Of a stretch of 64,000 bases of DNA, positions 13,791 through 28,660 are shown one piece after another. The notes below the pieces were generated by a model. It worked only from the letters and a program-made list of their open reading frames with translations. It was not told the DNA's origin and ran no database searches. The DNA lies in contig NC_043000.1 in NCBI RefSeq assembly GCF_006345805.1, positions 158,348,001 through 158,412,000 of the forward strand, read 5' to 3'. Position 1 is the stretch's first letter; every line of letters starts with the position of its first letter. The position numbers and the translations under genes were made by a program. Origin of the DNA: Octopus sinensis. Taxonomy: Eukaryota.

Positions 13791-14535
13791 AAAAATATAT
13801 ATGATAATATGTAGGGAACAATGTTGGCGACGAGCACTTTGGAATCAGAAATCTTGGTTTATGTATCACAAAAGATAAACAGTGATGCCGAAATATCTAA
13901 TATGATCATAGTTCATTGCAGGATTTATTACTAAATATTTGTTACCAAGAACCCTAAATTTTGCATGCATCTATATGGCAATTACATATAATTATATATA
14001 GCAGGAGCCGATTTCCTTCTATGATGAGAGTATTTGAAATAAAATTGTAAGGCAGATTTTCTTTATGTAAACACGAGAGTCATAAACTGGGCACAAATTG
14101 AAAACAGCTTTTGATTTATGTAACTTAAAGGTCACAAAATTGTGCAATATCAACTGTAAAAAATGGTATGGATGATACTCAGTTCACCTCCTCGATTATG
14201 AAAGGGAATGAGACAGCTAAGTTCAGGGTGTGCATCATTAAATTCTGCAAAGGATCTGTTTATAGGAAAGCAGTAATTAGTGAAAAGTTCAAGCACTTCA
14301 TGAAGCCTAATGAATCAACATTGTGAGAATCCTTTCTCAACGTACACTCTCCCAAATTTATCTTTGTATCAAACTTGCAATGCTTAAATTGATTTAACTT
14401 CAGCATTCGAAAATACATACAACTCTGAAACGTTTCTACAAGTGAACTTGTAACTTTTCAAACACGTGTCACATATAATAACTCATTGTTCTCCCGCTTA
14501 CATATGGAAAGAATTTCTCTGTCTGTCTGCCTGTC

Positions 14536-14586
<51 letters not shown>

Positions 14587-14669
14587 GTCCCTCTAAATCT
14601 TCTGCAATCTAACACAAATACATGACGGCAGAGAATTATATACTAAGATTACCTGTAACTACATTAACT

Positions 14670-15720
14670 TCGACTCCATGAATATCAACTAGGCAGACTG
14701 GTATAACTATGGAAAAATCGTGACTGAACTTAAAACCAACTTTGCTACTAGAAGCAGCATACTTCCACAAAGTACTAACTTAATAAAACTTGAAAACGTT
14801 AATCCAAATTTAAGATTAGAACAGTTGCATCTAGCATAGGCCTTTACTCAAAATTCCTTACCTCTTCCCACAAATCTTAAAGACTATTCTGCAAGACATC
14901 CCTGGACACGTCAACAGCTCTAATGACAGAATTCTAAATCTTTTGCAACAAGACACATTCACCTTGTGGTATTTCTTTCAACCTACACTACTCGTTCAAC
15001 AACTCGACATCTGCTCTCCAATCAGCCGAACTACTGACAGATTGGCGCATCTCCGGTCAGAAATCTTTTTCTTGTCTGTCAAGTACACCAATAGCACTTC
15101 TCTTTTATTGTGAACAACGCATAACTTCAGGCATCATATAGACACCACACACACACACTCACACACACACATAAACTCACATACACACGCACGCAAACAA
15201 ATATACGCACACACATATTTACACAGCCACAAACAAGTTCTACCAGTGAGATCTGGTATCCTGTCGGATGCACTGGTCATTTAATTATATCGATCGGCTG
15301 ATGCTCCGGGAGCTGACCAACTGATAATCTTGTTCTTCTTGTATACTAGATATATATACCTGACATACACCTCTTTGCCTGTTCTAGATAAATTCTAGTA
15401 TAAATTCAGCACTGAATTTATACTCTAACACTGCTCTGATTCTCATTCAGAATAACTGACAAGGCAAAGACTAACAATAGGGTCGACAGGAAAATCGCCT
15501 ACTCAGTTTCGTCCACCATTAGAAATTAGCTCTTACTAGCATGCTAAGATGACTACCTTACTTATTACTAACAGATACTGAGAGATAGAAGATCGAATCA
15601 CAAATGTCACACTGTTCCAAAGAATGTTGGTAATTAGTGGAACCCTCTTTCCTCTGTAAGCTGTCACCAAATGTTCAACTTCAAGAAATTCTGCAAATCA
15701 CTGAAATCTCCTTCATAAGT
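14670..15720 (+). mobile_element. Possible highly decayed LINE fragments (clade unclear)
   Basis: Weak motifs only: N*ADWYNY (resembles the APE-RT linker KADW) near 14690 and a WN.L..FKK-like 3' end near 15630-15700. Confidence 0.25.
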
Positions 15721-16839
15721 TTTTCAAACTTCGGGATATGAGTATAACCATTGCTATTCATTAAGTTAACTTTAGAAAAAAAGATGGCTATACATTCAAG
15801 ATTGCCTGCTGAAGAAATGGCTCGCTTCTATATATTTGTGCTTTGGCAGAAGTTCAACGTGCCTCATAATAATAATAAAAATCTTATGAAAATACCGTAA
15901 ACAAGACAAGCCTTTATCAAGTCCTTATCATGAGAAATTCTGACCGCAATTGCACAGACCTGCTATTAAATAATGTCATTTTAAGATGACGTTATTAAGT
16001 CAAATAAAAATCAAATGAAAACCTTTGCTTTATCTTGTTGCACTCACTAGCTGCTACGCAACACACTTTTTAACTTCATTTTCTGCTTGAACACATATAA
16101 GATATCTTATGGGGCATGATTTTCAGCCCCAATTTCCCCACATGAACGACGAGTTTTCGTTCAAACATTTTAATTTCTAAAGCTATGCTACAGCTTCTTA
16201 TATATTTCCGGGTTATATTTACACATTGAAAACGGAATTGCTTACCTGAAATCTGTGACATAATAAATAAAAAAAATCAACTTTGCTCTATTTTCCTTTA
16301 TACTTAATCTCCCAAGGAGTTGCAATGCTTTTTGAAATTGTTTTCATAATTCATTTACGCTTCATAAACTACCACACACTAACATAAGTGGAATCACTTT
16401 ACATATGGAATCCTTTATATTAGAACCGTAGGATGCCTTCTCATAAAATATATTGAAATTGGTGAGAGTGAAATATAATTAACCACATAGTTTCTCTCAC
16501 TTCACAAGGATCAAAAACATTATAATTAAATTCAGTATGGCAAAAACTGCTGTGACGTTTATAGCTTTCTGAATGTTATTAATGGGAGAATCGCACTGAA
16601 ATAGCACCAACTAGGAAATCCAGCCCCCCTTGCAGATTTTACGAGCAGATATCACACCTGCTGTACTACGATACAGAAATTGAAATATTTGGATCAATGT
16701 TGCCGCACCAGGTTATCACTCTAGTGACACGCATTTTATCTATTAATGTATTACTATTGGATGACACACTATTATATGGTGGCACAACCTACCGTGTTAG
16801 AAATGATCGATTTCTTACAATTACTATTTTACTATTTAC

Positions 16840-17140
<301 letters not shown>

Positions 17141-17329
17141 CTATCGACTTAGGTCTCAATTCTTTTTTGTTTCATTCATTCTTTTTGCTGTACCAAGTTC
17201 TCTCAAACTACTATAGAAAATCAATATATCGTAATGCTATAGATTATTGATTATCCTTCGAATGTTTGAAAGATATCTATTTTAATCTTTTAATATGACT
17301 TTCGTTTAATCCATTATATATAACCTGTT

Positions 17330-17567
17330 AAGGTGCGAACTGGCAGAATCGTTAGCACGCTGAACGAACTGCTTAGCTGTATTTCGTCTGCCGTTCCGTT
17401 CTGAGTTCAAATTCTGCTGAGCCTGACTTTACCTTTCATCCTTTCGGGGTCGATTAAATAAGTACCAGTTATGCACTGCGGTCGATGTAATCAACTTAAT
17501 CCCTTTGTCTGTCTTTGTTTGTCCTCTCTATGTTTAGCCCCCTGTGGGCAATAAAGAAATAAATTAA
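17330..17567 (+). mobile_element. SINE family 1, full length, tail variant a
   Basis: Head aaggtgcgaactggcagaatcgttagc, B box gagttcaaattc, tail ...tttagccccctgtgggcaataaagaaataa; 12-bp TSD atataacctgtt at 17318-17329 and 17568-17579. Confidence 0.9.
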
Positions 17568-19277
17568 ATATAACCTGTTGCTTTTACTCTCCTATGGGGA
17601 AGCATCTACACGCAAACAAAAAGTAGGTAAAAAAGACAAAATTATACCATAAAATATATCCAGTATCATATAACTGTTGGAAATACCATGCTTAAAGAAG
17701 ATGTTTTTCTTTTTGCTAGTCTGCCTATTTTCTACCCCAATCTTCATTTATTATTAATGTATAGATCTTTGAACGACAGTCGAAGTTGAGAAACTACTGT
17801 AGGCTGTTTTCCATTTTATACCTCATGTAATAAATCCTTAGACAAAAGAAAGGAGTAACTTTTCCTGAAAAAAACTGAAATATATTTTAAATATTCTACT
17901 GTAGATTTCTATTATTCCTGATTCTGTATTTAAGAGGAGTGGTAGAAACAATAGAACGATGGTCTGAATGAATTGAAATATTTATGTCCCATTACTTTCT
18001 GGGTTTAACAAATCTCAACAAAGCTGAAATTATTTCTGCTTCATAAATTAGGTATCATTTAGTTTCCTAGGTCAGCACCAATAGTTCTAATGATGGCCAT
18101 CATGTTTCCATTCGGATGTAATACATTCAGGATAACATTATCCAATGATCTTTCCTCCTTTAAAACAGTACGATATAATTTTAGATATATGTGTGTGCTA
18201 TTCCTAGGTGCTCCTTGGCCTAATAAATACCATTTACTTACTACAATTGAGGCAACAATATGTTAAGGTAACTTACACTCATATAAATCAATATAATACG
18301 CAGGGTCCATAAATAAGCAATATGCTGCAAAACAGCTGAAACTGCTACGAAATTTCCGTTGATATTTATATCTAACTCATATCATTTACTCACCTAAATA
18401 TTTGTAAAAATTACATGGAATTTACATGGCATCTACAGCGGTTTTCTGGTCATTAAAATAAACTGTAAACACTGATAATGCGTATGTTGAAAGGACCCAA
18501 ATTCCCTTGCACTACTACTGCAGGTATGAACTTGGCATGGACTGCAGATAATTCGGCTCATTAATATTCACATGTTTCACCAATTTATATGGATGGATCT
18601 CCAGAGATTATTTACTAATTGCAAGGAATCGGGCGCTGAAGTTTATGTCTACTTTACATAAATTCCAACGAACGAGAGAATAATTTCCTTGGATTTATAA
18701 CCCGAAACGTTTTTAGGAACATAAGAGTCTAAGCCATCTAACATTCATATTTATTGTATAAGTACTTCTTGAAGCGGCAAATTATCTCATATATTGTAGC
18801 AGTTTAAAGATAGGGAAATTGGTCACTGAAAAGGTTTGGTTAGAGAAAAGGCATAATACCAGCAGTAAAGTTTGAAATGCCGTTATATACTGGAAATGCA
18901 TTAATTCGGCAAACCGACTTATCAACATAATTGCATTAGTCTTTAAATAAACAATATATTACACGGAACGGGAAAAGCGCACTGGATAATTTCTAAAGAA
19001 GTAAAATAATACTTACAATAGTTGTAGAGTTGAGTGTGGTTTTAAATTCATTTATTCTGTCTTGTTTCATTGAGTTTACCCCTTTCTATGAAAGATTATG
19101 TGGATGGTAACCTCAGAATTGACTTGACTTAGATTTATTGGGGCATCTAACACGATCCAAAAATGGTGGAGTTTATGTGGTGTATCGCTATTTGTGAGAT
19201 CGCATGTGAAACAGCTAAACACTACCTACCTTTAAACATGTGCCTGGTGCTTGTATAATTGACACAATGCTACTCTA

Positions 19278-19311
<34 letters not shown>

Positions 19312-19359
19312 CATTCTGCGAAATTTTTTGCCACCCTATATTGATTAATTATAAAAATA

Positions 19360-19403
<44 letters not shown>

Positions 19404-20320
19404 GGCAATTTCAGCTAAATATTTCAATTTCTTCTATGGCTTATAATTGACAAGTAATCAAACATCACAGTACTTGTTTACACCTAAATAAACCAGACAA
19501 TTTGAGAGTGAAAATTCTTGGATTTTGTTGTGTCGATGTCCCCAGAAGATGACGTAGGCTAGCCCAATACGTAGATATCGAGGGAGAAGTCTAGACGTCG
19601 AGGAGTTGAGTAGAGGTCATCCTAACGTGCCATATAGCCGATTTGGATAACATTCAAGCCAAGAATTCGCTTAGTAATTAGAGATAGAAACTACAATAAA
19701 AGTTCCTCGCTTCTAATGTAAGGATAGTTATTTTCTGTGAATAAGAAATAGGTTGGAAGTTTATTTGCTGTTACCATTACACGGTTTAACCCATGACGAA
19801 ATATGTTGCTCGCTCAAAAGAACAGCCAACGTGGATCCGAAATTAATGAGCATCATAGAGAGCTATAAGCAACAATAAGATTATGAATGATGTGCAATAC
19901 TGGCCACAATGTAAATGATGTACAATAATATATGGGTTACAATCTCGTTTACGAATATATCCTTCATTTCAAGCAATTTTAAATACAATATAGTTTCCGT
20001 TACACCAATATTTCCTTATATTTTATACTAAGAGAAAAATATCTCAATGTTACGTTTATTCTATTCCAAAATAAATTGAACCCTGTAATGGCATCTCCCG
20101 CGTAGACATTTCTCATATGTTCATACTGAATCCATTTGGTAAAGAGAAAGTGGCTGCAGACAACTCAAGTCTTTTCCTTTATATGAGGCTGCAATACTAT
20201 ACATAATTAGCGTTCTGTATATGGCTATTACTCATAATACCAAATCTTGAAGTAAGACAAAATGATTCTCTCACCTCAGATTAATATGTATTCATTTTAT
20301 CAATATTTTGTAAATGATGC

Positions 20321-20535
20321 AAGGCGGCGATCTGCCAAAGTCATTAGCCTACTGGACAGAATGCTTATCAGTATTCCGTCCGTTTTGACGTTCGGAGTTC
20401 AAATCCTGCCGAGGGCTACTTTATTTTTCATCCCTTTCGGAGTAGATAAGGTAAGTACCAGTTGAGCACTGGGTTCGATGTTATCGACTGACACCCTCCC
20501 CAGAAATTACTGGCCTTGTGTCAACATTTGAAATC
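20321..20535 (+). mobile_element. SINE family 1, tail variant b
   Basis: aaggcggcgatctgcc..ggagttcaaatcctgccgagg..aagtaccagttgagcactggg..gaaattactggccttgtg. Confidence 0.8.
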
Positions 20536-22065
20536 AACATTTTATCACTAGAGGGGCCGAAGAACAAGCATGACAACAAACGTTGTGGGATTTGAACCTC
20601 AGAACACCGCGAAGCAGATCTAACTACAGTGTGTTTTGGGGGTATGGTCCAAAGGGTTCCATTACCACACAGCAACTTCCCATCACTACACCCAGCATAG
20701 CATCAGATTATGCAGGGAAATTATGAAAAAAATCATAATTCAGTTTTCAGCAGAAATATGAGAAATGCATTCAGAATATATAATTTTGAAAAGTGAAGAA
20801 GGAAACGAAATATGGTCAAATAAAGAACAGATATTGAGAAGAAGCAGTGTGAAGCATTCGATTTTGAAATCTTTTCATTCAATTTTTCCATTTTATTTTT
20901 GCTTTTTCGCATCTCAATATTTCACTGTTTGTTCGGATTTTGTGTTGAATTTTTCAGCAATATCTGCTAGATTACATCAAATCTGAAGCTTGAAAAATTC
21001 ACAAAATCACAAGTACATTTACGCCATTTGAAATATTCAGAATGACAGACACACGTAAACTTACGTATAAATATATACAGAGAAAGAAAGAAAGAGAGAA
21101 TGAAAGATATGAAGATAGATAGATAGATGGAGAGAGAGAGAGAGAGAGAGAGAGGGAGGAGCGCCTGAGAGCAAGAACGACACATGAATAGCCTTGTACA
21201 AAAATGTGGGCATAATGAAGAGAATTTCAATGTAAAAGACTCTATATGTATGAATGTGTGTATAAATGTATGTATGTATGTATGTATGTGTGTGTGTATG
21301 TATAGGCATGCAAATATGTACATGTTTATGTATGTATTTCCCCAGAATAATCTGGCGCAATGCGGTGCGAATGCGACAACGCTCAACAAAGTATACACAC
21401 TCACGTGTACATACTCACATATATACATATGCATAGGTTCTAACATATATAAACGCACATATATAAGCACACATACCTGAATATATGGGCATGTATACGT
21501 TCAAGTAAACATACGACAGCGTCATATGAATGTAGAAAAACCGATGGCACATACATATGTAATCACAAATCACAAACAATCTTTATGAAATTTAAGGTTC
21601 CAGTCAGGTTGGAGAAGGTATTACAAGAATAATATCAGATTTAATTAAATGCTATGTTTAGCTTAAAATCGTGTGTATTTTTTTTTCTATTTTTTAAATA
21701 GTTTTTTTTTTATTTTACTCGATGTGAAAATCAAAACATTGATATTTCAGAATAATGGTGTAAAATACTTGTAAAGTTTACAGTAAATTTTTCTCTCCTT
21801 TTTCTTACACGTGAAAATACGTCGTGCAGGCACACACACACACACAAACCCACACACACATACAGAAACAGATGCAAGCTCATGCACATTTATATAGGCT
21901 CTATATTCATTAAGTTTGTTCATATTTTTATGTACATGGATAAGCATTCTGTATTTCTCTATCTCCTCTTCTGTCTGTGTAAAAGCAGACACTGATACAG
22001 ATATACGCATACAGAAAGCTATCTGCGTATCTATTAATCCTTTTCACTCACTCTCTTTCACTCAC

Positions 22066-22099
<34 letters not shown>

Positions 22100-22134
22100 A
22101 CGCACACATACATACACACAGCGTTATTTATTTA

Positions 22135-22291
22135 ACCGTGGATTGAGGTAAGGAATTTGATTCCCAACCACAGGGTTCTGGTTTCATTCCTATTGCGTTG
22201 CACCTAGTGTTGGTATTTTCTACTATAGCCCTTGGTCTCCGAAGGCCTTGTGTGTAAGTTTTCTACATGGAAACGGAAAGTATAACCTCGT

Positions 22292-22295
<4 letters not shown>
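22135..22295 (+). mobile_element. SINE family 3, degenerate 5' half
   Basis: ttcccaaccacagggttctgg..ttctactatagccc..ggaaacggaaag running into (TA)n, as in the intact family-3 copies. Confidence 0.65.
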
Positions 22296-22357
<62 letters not shown>

Positions 22358-22359
<2 letters not shown>

Positions 22360-22485
22360 CACCGTGATCACGGTAACCGACCAGGCTATCAGATGTTGCT
22401 ACACATCTCTAGTCGCAATGCGCTTTGCATTGTTTTAGCCTTCAAATGGCACCACCCGCTGGCTAAGCGAGCAAGCCTACAGAGG
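22358..22485 (-). mobile_element. SINE family 2, tail type B (3' fragment)
   Basis: Reverse complement gcttgctcgcttagccagcgggtggtgccatttgaaggctaaaacaatgcaaagcgcattgcgac matches the tail of the 48914 copy. Confidence 0.75.
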
Positions 22486-22814
22486 TCTGTCTATAGCACC
22501 TATTCAGCATTACCTGACACCTTTCGGTCTCAATGACACCATTATCTCTTATATATATATAGATATATATATATTTGTGTGTGTGTGTGTGTGTGTGTGT
22601 AAGTATATCTTTGTATATATACACATGTATACATATACATAGTGAAACTATTAAAGGAGAAAGAATAAAACTGAAACTAATTATAACATATTCAGTCAAA
22701 GATTTCACTTTTATTCTTCGAGCTTTGTGAAGTAATACAGAAACAGTTCCAATGTTGCCTTGTTTTGATAAAGATTTAATTTTGAAAGAATAATCAAGAT
22801 AATATATAATCGCA

Positions 22815-23250
22815 CGTACCGCAAACAGGCACAAACACGCATACATACACCACGCACGCGCAATACGTATATATACAGACCACACACGCCACACACACAC
22901 GCCACACACACACGCAAACACAGACACACAACATACATATACACAAATACACAACCCACATTATACACACACGCACAGCCACAAAACACAAACACACACA
23001 CGCACAGGTACGTACAAGCATACACACACACCATACACACGCACACCCACATACACACACACTATACTGAGACACAGACACACGCACACTACACACACAT
23101 ATACATAACACATACACACGCAAATACACTCCACACACACGCACACCCACACACACATACACATAACACATACACACGCAAATACACTCCACACACACGC
23201 ACACCCACACACACATACACATAAATACACCCCAGACACACAACACACAC
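22815..23250. repeat. CA-rich degenerate array with a 58-bp tandem unit
   Basis: Unit acataacacatacacacgcaaatacactccacacacacgcacacccacacacacatac at 23103-23160 and 23161-23218. Confidence 0.85.
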
Positions 23251-24059
23251 TCGAATACAAGAGTTGTCTGACATGAGTTGTCCGGGAATGAGTTGTCCTG
23301 GTATCAGTTGCACTAGAACCATCACAATTTTATATTCGGCAGACAGACAGAACGAACGCATTGTGATTAACTTACATTTGGTTCGTTTCGATATAGTACT
23401 GAATATAATGTTAACTGAAATAGCCTAGAATGAACTAGGCTCCATATAAAAGGCACAATATGATGCAAATTACGCACAAAATTAAAGTTGCACATAGTGT
23501 AATATAGAAAGCGAGGAATTATCTCAGTAAATATTCTACTTTTCTCATCACACATATTTTAGTTCCCATGTCATTTGCGATTATATTTACCCTTTTCTTG
23601 TTACGTAACTGGTGTTTTATACAACACAAATATTGCGAAATGGAAACACCAGGGCTTATACAAGAGAATCAATGAAAACATGTACCTAGTGTGTCCTGAG
23701 TTACGTTCCTTTACACACCTCTCCATCACCCAATACGTGGATAGTCATTTGATTGAAGTCTTGTATATATGAAGAACTACCAATATAGCATACAATGAAA
23801 AATTATTAACAAATGCTAAGCTCCAAATAAATTGATATGATACACATGTTGGCCACAACATTTCAAATGTTGCAAAACTGCGTTTAATAAGCCGGGGTTG
23901 AAATGGATTATGCATAATACCAGCTGCATGAGTGAGTTAATACTCAATGATTTTGTTTTCTTTTTACTATGAAATTCTGATTATGAAAATGTGCTCTAGC
24001 TTTCAAGAGAGGAAAATGAAGATCACTAATATAGCTTAAGATACAGAAGAAGTAGAGAT

Positions 24060-24280
24060 AAGTGAATTAGACGGAGCAGAGATATGCAATACATAGGAAA
24101 CAATAAGCTACAAAATGTCTAGCATACAAATGAAAGGAAAGATTAGAAATTAATATTGCAGGCAGATTAATACTTAGAACAGAATTAAATGAATCAAATA
24201 GGTTAATAACTATCTCTAGCTGTTCAAGTAATAAGCCATCATCATCATCACCATCACCATCACCATCACCATCACCATCA

Positions 24281-24349
<69 letters not shown>

Positions 24350-24540
24350 AGCTGTTCAAGTAATACGTTATTGTTGCCATAATTTCAGCTGTATGCTAAC
24401 AAAGGAAGCAATTCTTAACAGAGGAACAAAAATCAGGCTGAATGTATATGTACTATCTTACAATTCGACATAGAAAGAGAATATTCTTCACGATTACAAG
24501 AAGGTCGATGTATTATACTAGTAGAAAATCTGTAAAAAAG
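24060..24540 (+). mobile_element. R4/Dong-like LINE fragment interrupted by a microsatellite insertion
   Basis: MKGKIRN*Y..LILRTELNESNRLITI..AVQVI, resuming at 24350 with AVQVIRY and later motifs resembling SDIER.Y..R..GGR..I. Confidence 0.5.
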
Positions 24541-24644
24541 CATACGTAGGACAGTAAATTATTTAGCACAGAATCGTTACAAGTCGCTACGGTATACGTA
24601 TGAAGACTATTTTCTATCTAGCATCTGCCTATGCACTTACTGGG

Positions 24645-25648
24645 CCATTTCTCGTCTCCGAAGGCCTAAAACAAGGCCTCTTCAACACTGCGCGCCAGTG
24701 ATCCATATCTCGAACATTGAATAGTAGCAGCAAGGAGTTCCAGTACAATGTCACCCCTATCTACTCCATTGCTGTTCAAGTCTTGTCTCCGAAACCTACA
24801 ATCTCTTTGGAAGGGAATGCAGAAAAAATTAAGATATTTGCGCAGCTTGTTCATGGACAAAAATACGAGAAGTTAGCATTAAACAGACAAGACAAGTTGT
24901 CAACGACTCTCAGTACTTCGGCAGCACTCTCTCACAATCTGGAACATGAAAAATAGACATAGACCACCGCATCAAATGCGCTCATGGTTTTGGAATACTC
25001 AGCCAGCGCGTACTCAACAAACACGGGCTCTTTCCACGAACAAAACACATGGTGCTCTGCGCCGTTGTCATTTCCTCCTTGTTCTACGCGTGAGCATTTC
25101 CAGGAAGCCAAGCTTCGGTAGATCCTCAACGCCAAATGGCAGGACCGAGGCGCCTACATCGAAGTTCTCAATCACTCAGAAATACCAGAAATTAAAACTA
25201 CCATAATCAAGCATCGCCTTACGTAGTCAGGGCGTATCGTCCGAACGACCCCTTCAAGACTCCGCGGATCATCCTCAACAGCGAGTACGTCAACGGCATC
25301 GAAGAACCAGAAAACAAAGACCAGCTGAAGGCTTCACTGCTGGAAACCGGTATCAGCCCTAATACATGGAAGACAGAAGCTGCCAAACGTCCATCCTGGC
25401 GAAGAGCAATCGATTTCGGATGTTCTACATTCAAGGAGTGGAGAAAGACTGAAGAAGCAAAATGAAAGCAACGCAAGACCAGGCAACTCCAGCCAAGTGC
25501 ACCACCCGCTCCGCCATGCAATCAATTCCTGAGACAACAGTCTACATTCCTTTCTGAGCCTTGTCAGGTTTAAGCACCATGGAGGCACCGGATGAAACAA
25601 GCACGGACACGAATGGCTCCGTAGACGATGATACGACGACGACGACTC
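24645..25648 (+). mobile_element. RTE-clade LINE remnant (RT C-terminus to 3' tail)
   Basis: GPFLVSEGLKQG, QVVNDSQYFGSTLSQSG..IDHRIKCA, ILNAKWQD...IEVLN, KDQLKASL..GISPNTWKTEAAKRPSWRRAI, ending in a (GAC)n tail at ~25635-25647. Confidence 0.8.
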
Positions 25649-25771
25649 ACGTTTTACATATTGATGCATGTACGACTGTTTTCGATGATAATATTTGTGT
25701 GTTCAACTGAATATCGTTGTCAGTGAAATAGCATGAAAATAACCGTGCATTCGAGTGAAATGCGCGCGCGC

Positions 25772-25806
<35 letters not shown>

Positions 25807-25989
25807 AGATTGAATGAGATAGAAAATATGTGATGCGTGGAAAAATAGATAAATGAACGAATAAATAGCCCTATGGATGAATAAATACATAAAGATGAGA
25901 ATGTTGAATCGTCATAAGGAGCTCGTGTGTGCAATCTTTCATGTGAGGCACTTTCTTCATTTCCTAGCAGTAAGGCTAAATTACTAGAG

Positions 25990-26230
<241 letters not shown>

Positions 26231-26483
26231 AGTAGTTAAGATAGAAAATGCTAAAATAATTTTATAAAAAAACATTTCAGTACCGGTTTCAGTCATTGTG
26301 ACTTTTTCTTTTTCAACTGTAACACTTAAACAATTAAATTTAGAAAAATTAAAAGAAAAGACATTTTAAAAGAATATTTGTATAGTATTCAAATACAAGT
26401 GACATTTTCCTTGTTTCTGCCTGTCTCTGTCTCTCTTGTTTAATCTTGTGGGTTCGAGGTCATTGCGAATTATTGGTAGGGAG

Positions 26484-26574
26484 GAAGAAGAAGAAGAAGA
26501 AGAAGAAGAAGAAGAAGAAGAAGAAGAAGAAGAAGAAGAAGAAGAAGAAGAAGAAGAAGACGAAGAAGAAGAAG
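26484..26574. repeat. (GAA)n trinucleotide tract
   Basis: About 30 units, nearly perfect, seen directly. Confidence 0.95.
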
Positions 26575-28271
26575 TACAAGAAGAATGTGGGAGTGCAATG
26601 ACAGTAGAATGTTGAATCGTCAGCTGCGCTGACCCACAGTTGATGATAGCAGTCGCTGTTCAATTCATATAGTCAGATTGAGATAAAAAACAAAACTCTG
26701 AAGATTTTAGAACATTTATAAGGAACTGTTCTTTTACTCTTTTACGTATTACTGGTACATATGAATGTAACACACAGTCTTTGACTATGTATGTATTCTT
26801 ACAAATGTTTTAGAATGAATAAACAGACATAATAGAATGTCTAACAGCTGATATATGTCCTTTCTGTATCCACCCCCAATTTCCTTTTGCCGTATAAATT
26901 AAGGGTAAACAACTTCTTATCCCAGCCCATTTATTACATTCGATTGTGAAATTGCCACGCAATAACTAGCACTTGACTATTATTAATAATTGGGTACTCT
27001 GCCAGCAGTATATTTCATAGGTACTATACATTTGTTTGTTGGAATTACGTCCTCTAACTCTCACGGAATGATATATGTATCTCTCTCTCAAACTCTCTCT
27101 CTATATATATATATGTGTGTGTGTGTGTGTCTGTGTGTGTGTCTGTGTGTGTGTGTGTATGTATACTTCTAATATAAGGATAAACTTTTATTAAAATAAT
27201 TATCAGTGGCTTATGTATCAAAAATACATTTTAAGGTGAAAATTATAAATACAATTATATAGAAGGCAAAAAGAAAAGAATTATTTGCCAATATGCTGAA
27301 AAATAGATGCTAAATCGTCTAACCACTTGTATTATTACACCACGTGTCGTAACGGGGAAAGCAAACTAACAGAAATTCATAAAAATACAGTAATCTCCGA
27401 ATTGGTTCCGATTTCTGGATTAATCAAAAGAATGATTCTTCCTTCATCAGCGAGGAACACTAAATGAAAATAAATGAAATACTTAGACATACCCACGGAA
27501 AAACAGATGCAAAGTCATGAATACATTTAAGTACCCCAAATATATCCAAATAGAAATTCCGTAGCAGGCCTCGACACAAGTGTATGCATACAACCACGCG
27601 TTCGGAATTGCGTTCGTGTGTGCATGTGCGTGTGCATGTGTGTGTGTGTGTATGTGTGTGTGTGTGGTGTGTGTGTATGTCTGTGTGTGTGTGATTTATT
27701 GTAAAGAATTATACCTGGATATCGACTATTTATATGTTTTATATATTTATATATATATTTATAACGCTTTATATATTTGCTTAATACTGAAACTTTTTGT
27801 AGGACGTTTACCCCCATTTCAGTTTCCGTATGGAATACATTACTTCCTCTTCATCACTCATCTACAGTTCAAATGTTCCCATAATGGGATAAGAAATGCC
27901 ATCAATGACTCACTGATCTATGTTTCATATTTAGTGGAAATTTACTTCCTCGTGTGTATATGCAAGGATGAACTAAAGCAAAACAATCAATACTTCTAAA
28001 CCACGAGAAAATGTAAAATACTTAACTCATAACAGGAAAGCGCTTAACATAAGTCTAATAATTCCCTCATTTAACATTATCTTTTTAAATATCGAAGTAT
28101 ATTTCTTTCAAGGTGAATGTTGTGAAGCATATTTAAATGCAATAAAAAAAAGGTATCTTTTGATCGATTCAACTTTCAGTCAATTGATTCCTTTGCAATG
28201 CGTAGGAGAAATCTCTAAATCTTAATTAAATATTTTTAAAACAAAACACTGAGATGCCATTCAATATTTAA

Positions 28272-28348
<77 letters not shown>

Positions 28349-28349
28349 G

Positions 28350-28386
<37 letters not shown>

Positions 28387-28389
28387 GAT

Positions 28390-28567
28390 ATATATCAATG
28401 GATATATGTTTTGTTTTATGAAAGTTTTGATATTGCAATTATCTATCCTATAGTGAGCATGTGTTTGACTTAATTATATTAATATATATATATATATATA
28501 TGTCCCGTCCGTGTTTTTTGTATCGTCTTTTAAATGTTTTACGTTCTTGTCCCAGTTTGTATTTTTT

Positions 28568-28660
<93 letters not shown>

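Noticed and set aside
19539-19585. Hammerhead-like fold tccc-CAGAAGA..acgta/tacgt..GATA..ggga
   Set aside because: Two essential core positions differ (CAGA for CUGA, GAUA for GAAA) and there is no Penelope context.
22463-23361. Cys/Val-rich ORFs of 90-163 aa
   Set aside because: Produced by (TG)n-like low-complexity sequence.
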